Shown here: positions 1-8,876 of the stretch, piece by piece | How positions within the stretch are numbered: the stretch's first letter is position 1 | Layout: each line of letters begins with the position of its first letter | From: Myxococcota bacterium | GTDB taxonomy: Bacteria > Myxococcota_A > UBA9160 > UBA4427 | Assembly (NCBI GenBank): GCA_036336835.1 | Contig: JAYZFK010000062.1 | Span: forward strand, 219,822 to 283,821 | DNA: 64,000 bases | Reading direction: 5' to 3' | Position numbers and translations under genes: made by a program | Notes under the pieces: generated by a model | Database searches by the model: none | What the model was told of the DNA's origin: nothing | Seen by the model: only the letters and a program-made list of their open reading frames with translations

Positions 1-967
1 TACGGAAGACGTCGATGCCTACGGCGATGTACTTGCGCAGCTGAGCGCGCACGTGCGCCTCGTCGCCGATGAGCGAGACTTCGCGGATCATCTCGTCGGG
101 GACGGCGTGGATGGCTTCGTCCCGTTTGCCCTCGATCCAGAGCCGTTGCACGCGGATCGCCACCTCCTCGAAGCCGCCGCGCCTGTACGCGTTGTTGTAG
201 AAGTTGGTCGTCGGTGAGCCCATCGCGCCGAGCATGAAAGCCATGCCGGGCTTCGCACGCTGGATGAGCGGCTCGGGGTCGTCGACGAAGGCGATGGCGC
301 CACCTGCTGACAGGGTCAGCTCGCGGCGAGCGCGCCCGGCCTTTGCGAGCCCGCGATCGAGGTGCTCGAGGTGGGCTTCGGGGCACTCCGGCGTGAAACA
401 GGCACCGAGCCAGCCATCGGCGAGCTCGCCCGTCAGCTCGAGGCCGCGCGGCGAGAGCGTCGCCAGCCAGATCGGCAGCTTCGAATTCGGCGGCTGCGCA
501 AGACGAAGCGCCTTGCCCTCCCCTCCGGGCCGCGGCAGCACGTAGTGCTCGCCGTCGTACACGAGCTTTTCGCCGCGACAGGCCATGCGCACGATCTCGA
601 TCACCTCACGCATGCGCGTCAGCGGCTTGTGGAACGCCTGACCCTGGAGGCCCTCGACCACCTGCGGACCGGAGGCGCCGAGGCCGAGCAGGAAGCGATC
701 GCCCGAGAGCGCGGCCAGGCTGAGCGCGCTCATCGCCGTCATCGACGGCGTGCGAGCCGCGATCTGCATGATGCCGCTGCCGATTTCGATCCGTTCGGTA
801 CGCGCCGCGAGGAAGCCCGCGGTCGACACGGCGTCGAGCCCCCAGGCCTCGGCGGTCCAGGCCTGGTCGACACCGAGCTTCTCGGCTTCGACGACGAAGT
901 CGACGGTCTTGTGGAAGTTGCGCTGCTGGCCGGAGTCGGCGCCGCCGGCGCCAATGGCGGTCTTCAT
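1..967 (-). CDS. LLM-class (luciferase-like) flavin/F420-dependent oxidoreductase, 3' end outside window
   Basis: Manual translation from ATG 967: MKTAIGAGG...AEKLGVDQAWTAEAWGLDA...GSGIMQIAARTPSMTAMSA...RFLLGLGASGPQVVEG...GELADGW. Typical LLM-family segments. The frame is open to the window edge, so it is absent from the ORF track. Confidence 0.85.
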   Translation of the reverse strand, partial: MKTAIGAGGADSGQQRNFHKTVDFVVEAEKLGVDQAWTAEAWGLDAVSTAGFLAARTERIEIGSGIMQIAARTPSMTAMSALSLAALSGDRFLLGLGASGPQVVEGLQGQAFHKPLTRMREVIEIVRMACRGEKLVYDGEHYVLPRPGGEGKALRLAQPPNSKLPIWLATLSPRGLELTGELADGWLGACFTPECPEAHLEHLDRGLAKAGRARRELTLSAGGAIAFVDDPEPLIQRAKPGMAFMLGAMGSPTTNFYNNAYRRGGFEEVAIRVQRLWIEGKRDEAIHAVPDEMIREVSLIGDEAHVRAQLRKYIAVGIDVFR

Positions 968-1000
968 GCGGTCCAGCTTAGCCCGACGACGATGCGATGA

Positions 1001-1203
1001 GCGCAGAGCAGGCCGCGAGCCGCCGGCGCGGCACTCGCGCTCGTCGCGCAGCTCGCGACCGCCGCGCGCCGCCCGCTCTTGCTGCGACGCGTTGCTTGCA
1101 ACGATCCCCGCCGGCTACGCCCGGGCGACGTGCTCGAGGCCTCGATCGCCACCGACGCTGGAGCGATCGACCTCGGCTGTCAGCGCAACCGGGTCGTCGA
1201 CGG
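1001..1203 (+). pseudogene. Possible remnant of the C-terminus of a fumarylacetoacetate hydrolase-family gene
   Basis: In-frame peptide NDPRRLRPGDVLEASIATDAGAIDLGCQRNRVV resembles FAH-family C-termini as I recall them (LxPGDv...I..LG...N.V). It is preceded by TGA at 998 and has no convincing start. Confidence 0.4.
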
Positions 1204-1380
1204 GCAGGGCGGAGCACGCCGGGGGTGCTGGACCGGCCGCAGGGCTGATTCCCCAGCCGAGAGACTCAGTTTCCCAGACTCTCGGGACCAGAGCTGGGCT
1301 CGGGGCTCCGCCTCGCTCGCTGCTCGAAACCCGGCGCGGCCTCGTCCATACTGCGTCCGGATTCTGGGGGCGCGCCGCGC

Positions 1381-1866
1381 ATGAAGCACATCGCCAGTCT
1401 GACTGCCGTGCTCGCTCTGCTGTGGCTCGGATGGTCGGGCCACTTCGAGCCCCTCACGCTCGCGCTCGGTGCGGGGTCACTGTTCGTCGTGGTCGCGCTC
1501 TCGGTGCGGATGCAAGTCGTGGACGACGAGGGAGCGCCACTCGGACTGAGATGGGCGCGGCTCGCCGGCTACGTTGCGTGGCTCGCGTGGGAGATCGTCA
1601 AGGCGAACCTCGATGTCGCCCGGCGCATCCTGTCACCCGGCACACCACCGATCTCGCCCCGCATCATCCGCGTGAAGGCGTCCCAGGAATCGGAGCTGGC
1701 GCAGGTCATCTATGCGAACAGCATCACGCTGACCCCCGGAACCATCTCGATCGACGTCGAAGGAGGCGAGATCCTGGTGCATGCTCTCCACGAAGACGCT
1801 GCCTCTGGCGTCGAGGCAGGCGAGATGGACCGGCGATGTGCGCGTCTGGAGAGGAAGACTGCATGA
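1381..1866 (+). CDS. mrpE: Mrp Na+/H+ antiporter subunit E
   Basis: WEIVKANLDVA and YANSITLTPGT motifs; first gene of a coupled operon. Confidence 0.92.
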   Translation: MKHIASLTAVLALLWLGWSGHFEPLTLALGAGSLFVVVALSVRMQVVDDEGAPLGLRWARLAGYVAWLAWEIVKANLDVARRILSPGTPPISPRIIRVKASQESELAQVIYANSITLTPGTISIDVEGGEILVHALHEDAASGVEAGEMDRRCARLERKTA

Positions 1867-2138
1867 AGGCCTACCTCGTCGTCGCTATCGCTGGAGTGCT
1901 GGTCACCATGGCCATGGCCCTCGTGCGCGCGGCGCGCGGGCCCTCCGTCTACGATCGGATCCTTGCGGTCAATTCGTTCGGCACCGTGACCGTGTTGTTC
2001 ATCTCCGTGCTCGGTTTCCTGCTCGGGCGGCCCGATTTCCTCGATCTCGCGCTGCTCTACGCCCTGCTCAACTTCGTCGGAACGATCGCGATCTTGAAGT
2101 ACTTCAAGTATGGCAACCTCGCCGCGGGAGAGGACTGA
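1863..2138 (+). CDS. mrpF: Mrp antiporter subunit F
   Basis: ATGA overlap with mrpE; GPSVYDRILAVN and DLALLYALLNFVGT; 3 TM segments. Confidence 0.92.
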   Translation: MKAYLVVAIAGVLVTMAMALVRAARGPSVYDRILAVNSFGTVTVLFISVLGFLLGRPDFLDLALLYALLNFVGTIAILKYFKYGNLAAGED

Positions 2139-2144
2139 AGGCGA

Positions 2145-2483
2145 GTGGACGCCATCCGCGAAGCCCTCAGCTGGCTGTTCATCGTACCCGGTGCCCTGCT
2201 CTGCGTGACTGGAGGGATCGGGCTGCTGCGGCTTCCGGATTTCTACGCTCGGATGCACGCCGCAGGAGTCACCGACACCCTCGGCACGGCCCTCGTCCTG
2301 GTCGGTCTGATGCTCCAGCCCGCAGACTGGACCGTCACCGTCAAGCTGGCCGTGATCCTGTTCTTCCTGTATGTGACGAGCCCGACCGCGGCCCATGCGC
2401 TGATCCACGCTGCCTATACCAGCGGCCACAGGCCCGAGTTCGCCAAGGACGCGCCGCTGCCCCGTGAGGTCGAGAGCCGATGA
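2145..2483 (+). CDS. mrpG: Mrp antiporter subunit G
   Basis: GLLRLPDFYARMHAAG and TSPTAAHAL motifs. Confidence 0.92.
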   Translation: MDAIREALSWLFIVPGALLCVTGGIGLLRLPDFYARMHAAGVTDTLGTALVLVGLMLQPADWTVTVKLAVILFFLYVTSPTAAHALIHAAYTSGHRPEFAKDAPLPREVESR

Positions 2484-3127
2484 TCGGCGAGCAGCTCATC
2501 GGGGTCATCCTGCTCGCACTGCTGGCCCTGACCGCGATCACGATCGCGCGGCTTCGAAACCTGCTCGCCACGGCCATGCTGTCGGGCATCTTCAGCCTGC
2601 TCGGTGCCTGCTGGATGCTGTTCCTCGACGCGCCCGACGTGGCCTTCACCGAGGCGGCCGTCGGTGCTGGTATCTCGACCATTCTGATCCTGGCCACGCT
2701 ATGCGTGGTGGGAGCAGACGAGAAGCAAGTCCAGGAGTCGCCACTCGCGCTGCTGGTCGTTCTCGTAGCCGGCGGCGTGCTCGTATACGGCACGCTCGAC
2801 ATGCCGCGCTTCGGGGACCCGAACGCACCCGCCCATCAGAGTCTCGTGACCCAGGCCTACCTCTACTCGGCCAACGCGCCGGCAGAGCACCGCGAGACTC
2901 AGCCCAGCCGGGACGCCCACGAGCTCGAGACATTCGCAGTCGGCATTCCCAACACCGTCACCACCGTGCTCGCCAGCTTTCGCGGCTACGACACGATGGG
3001 GGAGACCGCCGTGATCTTCACCGCGGGCCTGGGTGTGGTGGTGATTCTGGGCGGGGCGCGGCACCGGCGGTTCGAGCCCTCCGAAACGGTCGACATCACC
3101 CCCAGCGACGAGCGGCCCGAAGCATGA
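2480..3127 (+). CDS. Mrp-associated DUF4040/MnhB-related subunit (equivalent to the MrpA C-terminal part)
   Basis: LDAPDVAFTEAAVGAG and NTVTTVLASFRGYDTMGE motifs; ATGA overlap. Confidence 0.88.
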   Translation: MIGEQLIGVILLALLALTAITIARLRNLLATAMLSGIFSLLGACWMLFLDAPDVAFTEAAVGAGISTILILATLCVVGADEKQVQESPLALLVVLVAGGVLVYGTLDMPRFGDPNAPAHQSLVTQAYLYSANAPAEHRETQPSRDAHELETFAVGIPNTVTTVLASFRGYDTMGETAVIFTAGLGVVVILGGARHRRFEPSETVDITPSDERPEA

Positions 3128-3537
3128 AGAATCACGTCATCCTCCGCGTCGTCACCAAGCTGCTGATTCCCTACATCCTCCTCTACGCCTTCTACGTGCA
3201 GTGGCACGGTGACTACGGCCCCGGGGGTGGCTTCCAGGCCGGCGTCATCTTCGCTGCCGGCATCATCCTGTACGCGCTGGTCTTCGGCCTGCAGGCCGCC
3301 GAAGACGCGATCCACCCGCGCGTCGTGCACGCCGGAGTCGCTGCGGGCCTGTTGCTCTATCTCGCTGTGGGGGTCGTCGCGCTGCTGCTCGGTGGTAACT
3401 TCCTCGACTACGACGCGTTCGGCCATCACGGCCAGCACCACGGCATCCTGCTGGTCGAGACCGGTGTCTTCATCACCGTCGCGTCGGTCATGGTCACGAT
3501 CTTCTACAGCTTTGCCGAGCTGGTCCGCAGCGACTGA
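3124..3537 (+). CDS. mrpB: Mrp antiporter subunit B
   Basis: MKNHVILRVV...HGDYGPGGGFQAG; ATGA overlap at 3124. Confidence 0.9.
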   Translation: MKNHVILRVVTKLLIPYILLYAFYVQWHGDYGPGGGFQAGVIFAAGIILYALVFGLQAAEDAIHPRVVHAGVAAGLLLYLAVGVVALLLGGNFLDYDAFGHHGQHHGILLVETGVFITVASVMVTIFYSFAELVRSD

Positions 3538-3890
3538 TGGACGTTCTCGGCCTGTACAACTACTGGATCGTCATCGTGTTGATGATGACGGGCTTCTATG
3601 TCGTGATCGCACGGCGCAATCTGGTCAAGAAGTTGATTGGGCTCGCCGTCTTCCAGGTGTCGGTCTTCCTGCTGTACATCAGCATCGGAGTCATCCGTGG
3701 CGGGACGGCACCGATCGTCGCCGAAGGCTACGCGGTCTACTCCAACCCGTTGCCCAGCGTGCTCATCCTCACCGCGATTGTGGTCGGGGTCGCGACGATG
3801 GCGGTCGGACTCGCGTTGGTGGTTCGCATCCAGGAGGAGTACGGCACGATCGAGGAAGACGAGATCCAGGCGCAGGATCCCGAGGCCTGA
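3537..3890 (+). CDS. mrpC: Mrp antiporter subunit C
   Basis: NLVKKLIGL and NPLPSVLILTAIVVG motifs. Confidence 0.92.
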   Translation: MDVLGLYNYWIVIVLMMTGFYVVIARRNLVKKLIGLAVFQVSVFLLYISIGVIRGGTAPIVAEGYAVYSNPLPSVLILTAIVVGVATMAVGLALVVRIQEEYGTIEEDEIQAQDPEA

Positions 3891-5374
3891 TGCTGGATCA
3901 CTTCGCCGCGCTGCAGGTCGTCTTGCCGCTCCTCGCGAGCCCGCTCTGCGCTCTGATCCGCAACCGCCGAGCGGTTCACGCCGTCTCTCTTCTCGTCACC
4001 TCGGCGACCTTTGCGATCGCGGTGCTGCTTGCCCTGCAGGTCGCCGACCGCGGCGCGTTCTCGTACGAGCTAGGGGGCTGGGCCGCTCCGATCGGCATCG
4101 AGTACCGCGTAGATGCCCTCACCGCGTTCGTCCTGCTGGTCGTATCGGGCATCGGTGCGTTGGTGATGTGGTATGCGCGCGAGAGTCTGGAAGTCGAGAT
4201 CTCGTACCAGCGGTACTCCCTCTTCCACGTGATGTACCTGCTGGCCCTCGCGGGCCTGCTGGGCATCGTGATTACAGGAGACCTGTTCAACGTCTTCGTG
4301 TTCCTCGAGATCTCCGCGCTGTCGAGCTATGTGCTGATCAGCATGGGCCGTGATCGGCGAGCGCTGACCGCCGCCTACCAGTACCTGATCATGGGTACGA
4401 TCGGCGCCACCTTCATCCTGATCGGCGTCGGCCTGATGTACATGATGACGGGCACGCTCAACATGACCGACATGGCGGTGCGTCTGCGCGAGGTGTCCGA
4501 GACACGCACGGTGCTCGCGGCCTTTGGCTTTCTCACGGTCGGGATCGGCCTCAAAATGGCGCTCTTCCCGTTTCATCTGTGGCTCCCGAACGCCTATACC
4601 TATGCTCCCTCGGTGGTGACCGCGTTCCTGGCGGGTACCGCCACCAAGGTCGCGGTCTATGTGCTCTTGCGCTTCTCGTTGACCGTCTACGGGGTCGACT
4701 TCTCGTTCAGCACGATGCCATTGTCCACGGTGCTGATGGCGCTGGCTCTTGCGGGCATGTTCTCCGCGTCGCTCGTGGCCGTCTTCCAGCAGGACGTCAA
4801 GCGTCTTCTGGCGTACTCGAGCGTTGCACAGATCGGTTACATGGTGCTCGGCGTGAGCTTTGCGTCGGTGACCGGCCTGACGGGCGGCATCGTGCACCTG
4901 GCCAACCACGCGATGATGAAGTGCATGTTGTTCTGCGTGCTCGGCTGTGTCGTGGTGCGCATCGGCTCCACCCACATCGACGATATGCGCGGCATCGCGA
5001 AGCAGATGCCGCTCACGATGGGCGCTTTCGTGGTTGGTGGCCTCGGCCTGATCGGCGTGCCTGCGACGGCCGGATTCATCAGCAAGTGGTATCTGGTTCA
5101 GGCCGCGCTCCAGCAGGGCTATTGGCCGATCGCGGTCCTGATCCTCGCTAGCTCACTGCTGGCTGTGGTGTACGTGTGGCGGGTGATCGAGGTTGCCTAT
5201 TTCGAGGAGCCGCCGCCGGGGCGCGGCGACGTCGAGGAGGCGCCGGTCTCGATGCTCGTTCCCAGCTGGCTGCTCGCCGTCGCCACGATCTACTTCGGGC
5301 TCGACAGCGAGCTGACGGCTGGCCTCGCCCGGCGAGCCGCGGAGGCGTTGCTCCTCGTGGGCGGTCCGGCGTGA
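3890..5374 (+). CDS. mrpD: Mrp antiporter subunit D family (proton-conducting transporter)
   Basis: TGATG coupling; GGWAAPIGIE, DLFNVFVFLEI and KMALFPFHLWLPNAY motifs. Confidence 0.92.
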   Translation: MLDHFAALQVVLPLLASPLCALIRNRRAVHAVSLLVTSATFAIAVLLALQVADRGAFSYELGGWAAPIGIEYRVDALTAFVLLVVSGIGALVMWYARESLEVEISYQRYSLFHVMYLLALAGLLGIVITGDLFNVFVFLEISALSSYVLISMGRDRRALTAAYQYLIMGTIGATFILIGVGLMYMMTGTLNMTDMAVRLREVSETRTVLAAFGFLTVGIGLKMALFPFHLWLPNAYTYAPSVVTAFLAGTATKVAVYVLLRFSLTVYGVDFSFSTMPLSTVLMALALAGMFSASLVAVFQQDVKRLLAYSSVAQIGYMVLGVSFASVTGLTGGIVHLANHAMMKCMLFCVLGCVVVRIGSTHIDDMRGIAKQMPLTMGAFVVGGLGLIGVPATAGFISKWYLVQAALQQGYWPIAVLILASSLLAVVYVWRVIEVAYFEEPPPGRGDVEEAPVSMLVPSWLLAVATIYFGLDSELTAGLARRAAEALLLVGGPA

Positions 5375-6846
5375 TGGAGAGCAGCGCGCTACTCGCGATC
5401 GCGGTCGGTCTGCCGCTGGCCGGCGGACTGCCGGTCTCGTTGCTCGGCCGCTGGCCGAACGCCCGCGAGGCGGCGAGCCTGCTTACGGCCGGTGCGCTCT
5501 TCGCGGTCGTGATCGCCATCCTCCGGCGTCACCTCGCTGGCGAGCACCTCGAACTCGAGCTGTTCGAGATGATGCCGGGCATGCCGATCGCGTTCGAGGT
5601 CGAGCCCCTTGGCATGCTCTTCGCCCTGGTGGCCTCGGGCCTCTGGATCGTCACGACCGCCTATGCCATAGGCTACATGCGCGCTCACGACGAAACCGAC
5701 CAGACCCGGTTCTTCGTCTGCTTTGCGGTCGCTATTGCTGCTGCGATCGGAGTCGCGCTGGCACGGAACCTGCTGACGCTCTTCGTCTTCTACGAAGCGT
5801 TGACACTCTCGACCTATCCGCTCGTGACCCACTCTCGGACCGAGGAGGCGCGCGAGTCCGGACGCGTCTATCTCGGCATCCTGCTCACGACGTCCGTGCT
5901 CTTCCTGCTCCTGGCGATCCTGTGGACACAGCAGCTGGCGGGCACAGTCGAGTTCGAGCCCGGTGGCATCCTGCGCGGCCAGGTCGAGCCGATGATGGTT
6001 GGAATCCTGCTGGCACTGTTTGCCTTTGGTACCGGGAAGGCGGCGCTGATGCCCTTCCACCGCTGGCTGCCCGCCGCGATGGTCGCTCCCACGCCCGTCA
6101 GTGCGCTGCTTCACGCCGTCGCGGTCGTCAAGGCAGGCGTCTTCAGCATTCTCAAGATCGTCATCTACATCTTCGGCATCGATCTGCTCGCCGAGACCCG
6201 GATGAGCGAGTGGCTCGTGTACGTGGCGTCTTTCACCATTCTCGCCGCCTCGCTGATCGCGCTCACCAAAGACAACCTGAAGGCGAGGCTTGCGTATTCG
6301 ACCATCAGCCAGCTCAGCTACATCGTGCTCGGTGCCGCGCTCGCCAGTAGCACCGGCGTGCTTGGAGGCAGCATGCACATCGCGATGCACGCCGTCGGCA
6401 AGATCACGCTGTTCTTCGTGGCGGGGGCGATCATGGTGACGCTGCACAAGACAGAGGTCAGCCAGATGCGGGGGATCGGCCGACAGATGCCAGTGACGAT
6501 GGCCTGTTTCGGGATCGCGGCCGTCAGCATCATCGGCTTGCCGCCGATGGGTGGAAGTTGGAGCAAGTGGTTCCTGCTGCTCGGCACGATCGACTCGGGC
6601 ATGCTGCCCGTGGCCGCCGTGCTGATCGTCAGCTCGCTGCTCAGCATTGCCTACCTGATGCCCCTGGTGGCGCGTGCCTTCTTTGCGCCGCTTCCCGACC
6701 AGGGCGTCGGTGAGCAGCGGCCCGGCATTCGGGAGGCACCCCTGTTCTGTCTGATTCCGATCTGTCTCACTGCGCTCGGCAGTCCAGCGCTCTTCTTCTA
6801 CGCGGATGACCTGTACGAGCTCTTGAAGCCGCTGGTGACGCCGTGA
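5374..6846 (+). CDS. Second MrpD/MrpA-like antiporter subunit
   Basis: TGATG coupling; FVFYEALTL, PFHRWLPAAMVAPTPVSALLHA and LAYSTISQL motifs. Confidence 0.9.
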   Translation: MESSALLAIAVGLPLAGGLPVSLLGRWPNAREAASLLTAGALFAVVIAILRRHLAGEHLELELFEMMPGMPIAFEVEPLGMLFALVASGLWIVTTAYAIGYMRAHDETDQTRFFVCFAVAIAAAIGVALARNLLTLFVFYEALTLSTYPLVTHSRTEEARESGRVYLGILLTTSVLFLLLAILWTQQLAGTVEFEPGGILRGQVEPMMVGILLALFAFGTGKAALMPFHRWLPAAMVAPTPVSALLHAVAVVKAGVFSILKIVIYIFGIDLLAETRMSEWLVYVASFTILAASLIALTKDNLKARLAYSTISQLSYIVLGAALASSTGVLGGSMHIAMHAVGKITLFFVAGAIMVTLHKTEVSQMRGIGRQMPVTMACFGIAAVSIIGLPPMGGSWSKWFLLLGTIDSGMLPVAAVLIVSSLLSIAYLMPLVARAFFAPLPDQGVGEQRPGIREAPLFCLIPICLTALGSPALFFYADDLYELLKPLVTP

Positions 6847-7145
6847 CGATGCAGGAGACACCGGGCGGCGAGCCGCCGCGCTGGCTCGACGATTTCGAGA
6901 ACGTCCGCAAGGTCTATCGCGGGCTGTGGATCGTGTGTCTGGTCGTGCTGTTCGGGGGCCAGGGGCTGCTGGCCTGGGCGCAGCGCCGCGCCACGGACGC
7001 CCACGCAGCGCATCACGGCTTCGGGTTCGAGCACTGGCCCGGCTTCTATGCCTTGTTCGGCTTCATTGCGTGTGTTGCGCTCGTGCTGGCAGCGAAGGAG
7101 CTGCGCAAGCTGATCATGCGCTCCGAGGACTACTATGGGGATTGA
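6843..7145 (+). CDS. Small 2-TM membrane protein of the mrp operon
   Basis: Overlaps both neighbours; two hydrophobic helices; ends PGFYALFGF...R.EDYY. Confidence 0.75.
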   Translation: MTMQETPGGEPPRWLDDFENVRKVYRGLWIVCLVVLFGGQGLLAWAQRRATDAHAAHHGFGFEHWPGFYALFGFIACVALVLAAKELRKLIMRSEDYYGD

Positions 7146-8838
7146 GCAGATCCCTCCCGGTTGGATCATGATCCTCGGGGCTGCGCTGGTCCCGCTGCTG
7201 GCCGGGCGCCTCAAGCAGGCGTGGATGTTGTTCGTGCCAGCTGCGGGTCTCGCGCAGCTGGTGTTCCTGATCCCGGACGGGACCGGAATGGTCGCGTCCA
7301 TCTTCGAGTACGACCTCACGATCGTGCGAGTCGATCCACTCGCCCGGCTGTGGGGCACAATCTTCTACATCGCTGCGTTCCTGGCGGCGCTGTACTCGCT
7401 GCAGCTCGACGATGACGTCCAGCAGGTTTCGGCGCTGCTGTACGCGGGAAGCGCGATTGGCGCGGTCTTCGCCGGCGATTGGATCACGCTCTTCGTCTAC
7501 TGGGAGCTGACCGCCATCACCTCGGTCTTCCTCGTCTGGGCATCGCGAACGGAGCGGTCCTATCACTCGGGAGTGCGGTACCTGATCGTCCAGGTCGGGT
7601 CCGGCGTGCTGTTGCTTGCGGGCGTGGTTCTCCACGTGCACGACACCGGCTCGCTCGAATTCAGTGATCTGGGCGGTGTCACCGACCTGGCCACGGTCTT
7701 GATCTTTCTCGCGATCGGCATCAAGGCTGCCTTCCCCTTCCTGCACAACTGGCTTCCGGACGCCTATCCGGAGGCGACCGTCACGGGAACGGTGTGGTTG
7801 AGCACCTTCACCACCAAGCTGGCCATCTACGCGCTGGCGCGCAGCTTCCCCGGTGAGGATCTGCTGATCCCGATCGGCGTCGCAATGACGGCCTTCCCGA
7901 TCTTCTTCGCCGTCATCGAGAACGATCTCAGACGCGTGCTGGCCTACAGCCTGAACAACCAGCTCGGCTTCATGGTCGTCGGCATCGGGATCGGTACCGC
8001 GGCGTCGATCAATGGCGCCGCGTGCCACGCCTTCGCCCACATCCTCTACAAGTCGCTGCTCTTCATGTCGATGGGCGCCGTGCTCTTCCGCACCGGGACC
8101 TGCAAGGGGTCCGAGCTGGGCGGCCTCTACAAATCGATGCCCTGGACCTGCGCCTTCTGCATCGTCGGCGCCGCGTCGATCTCGGCGTTTCCACTGACTT
8201 CCGGCTTCGTCTCGAAGTCGATCATCCTGGCAGAAGCTTCGAGCGAGGGTCTGGCACTGACCTTCCTCGTCCTGCTCTTCGCCTCCGCCGGCGTGTTCCA
8301 CCACTCGGGGATCAAGATCCCCTACTTCGCCTTCTTTGCACACGACTCGAAGATCCGCGTCAAGGAAGCGCCGCTCAACATGCTGATCGCCATGGGGATC
8401 GCCGCGGCGCTCTGCATCGGGATCGGTGTCTTTCCGGGTCTTCTCTATGCTCTGCTACCGAATCAGCCCGAGCACTTCGTGCCGTACACCGTGCCGCACG
8501 TGGTCACGCAGCTCCAGCTGCTCCTGTGGTCTGCGCTCGCATTCGGCGTTCTCAACTGGTACCGGATCTACCCGCCCGAACTCCGGTCGACCAACCTCGA
8601 CTTCGACTGGGTGTATCGCGCGGGAGCCCCCGCGGTCGTCGGTGCCTGTGGTCGCGCAATCCAGGCGCTGCAGACTGCGGTGCTCACGGCTACGCGAGCA
8701 CGCATCGTCGGCACGATCGAGCGCGTCCATCGTTACCACGGTCCGCACGGTGTATTGGCACGCACCTCCCCGACTGGCAGCATGGCTCTCTGGGTCGCGG
8801 TCCTGCTCAGCGCCATCCTGGTGCTCTACTTCGTCTAG
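7135..8838 (+). CDS. Third MrpD-like subunit (Na+/H+ antiporter subunit D)
   Basis: FVYWELTA, FPFLHNWLPDAYPEA and HAFAHILYKSLLFM motifs. Confidence 0.9.
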   Translation: MGIEQIPPGWIMILGAALVPLLAGRLKQAWMLFVPAAGLAQLVFLIPDGTGMVASIFEYDLTIVRVDPLARLWGTIFYIAAFLAALYSLQLDDDVQQVSALLYAGSAIGAVFAGDWITLFVYWELTAITSVFLVWASRTERSYHSGVRYLIVQVGSGVLLLAGVVLHVHDTGSLEFSDLGGVTDLATVLIFLAIGIKAAFPFLHNWLPDAYPEATVTGTVWLSTFTTKLAIYALARSFPGEDLLIPIGVAMTAFPIFFAVIENDLRRVLAYSLNNQLGFMVVGIGIGTAASINGAACHAFAHILYKSLLFMSMGAVLFRTGTCKGSELGGLYKSMPWTCAFCIVGAASISAFPLTSGFVSKSIILAEASSEGLALTFLVLLFASAGVFHHSGIKIPYFAFFAHDSKIRVKEAPLNMLIAMGIAAALCIGIGVFPGLLYALLPNQPEHFVPYTVPHVVTQLQLLLWSALAFGVLNWYRIYPPELRSTNLDFDWVYRAGAPAVVGACGRAIQALQTAVLTATRARIVGTIERVHRYHGPHGVLARTSPTGSMALWVAVLLSAILVLYFV

Positions 8839-8876
8839 AGAGGAGCGCCTTCCGCGGCACTGCCGCACACGGGGGA

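Noticed and set aside
362..1000. Plus-strand 212-aa ORF and many other long antisense or alternate-frame ORFs (e.g. 5389-6861, 18836-20359, 23844-26237, 35428-37296, 55455-56924)
   Set aside because: They are shadows of well-supported genes. Stop codons are rare at this GC content, and the products are Arg/Ala/Pro-rich with no motifs.
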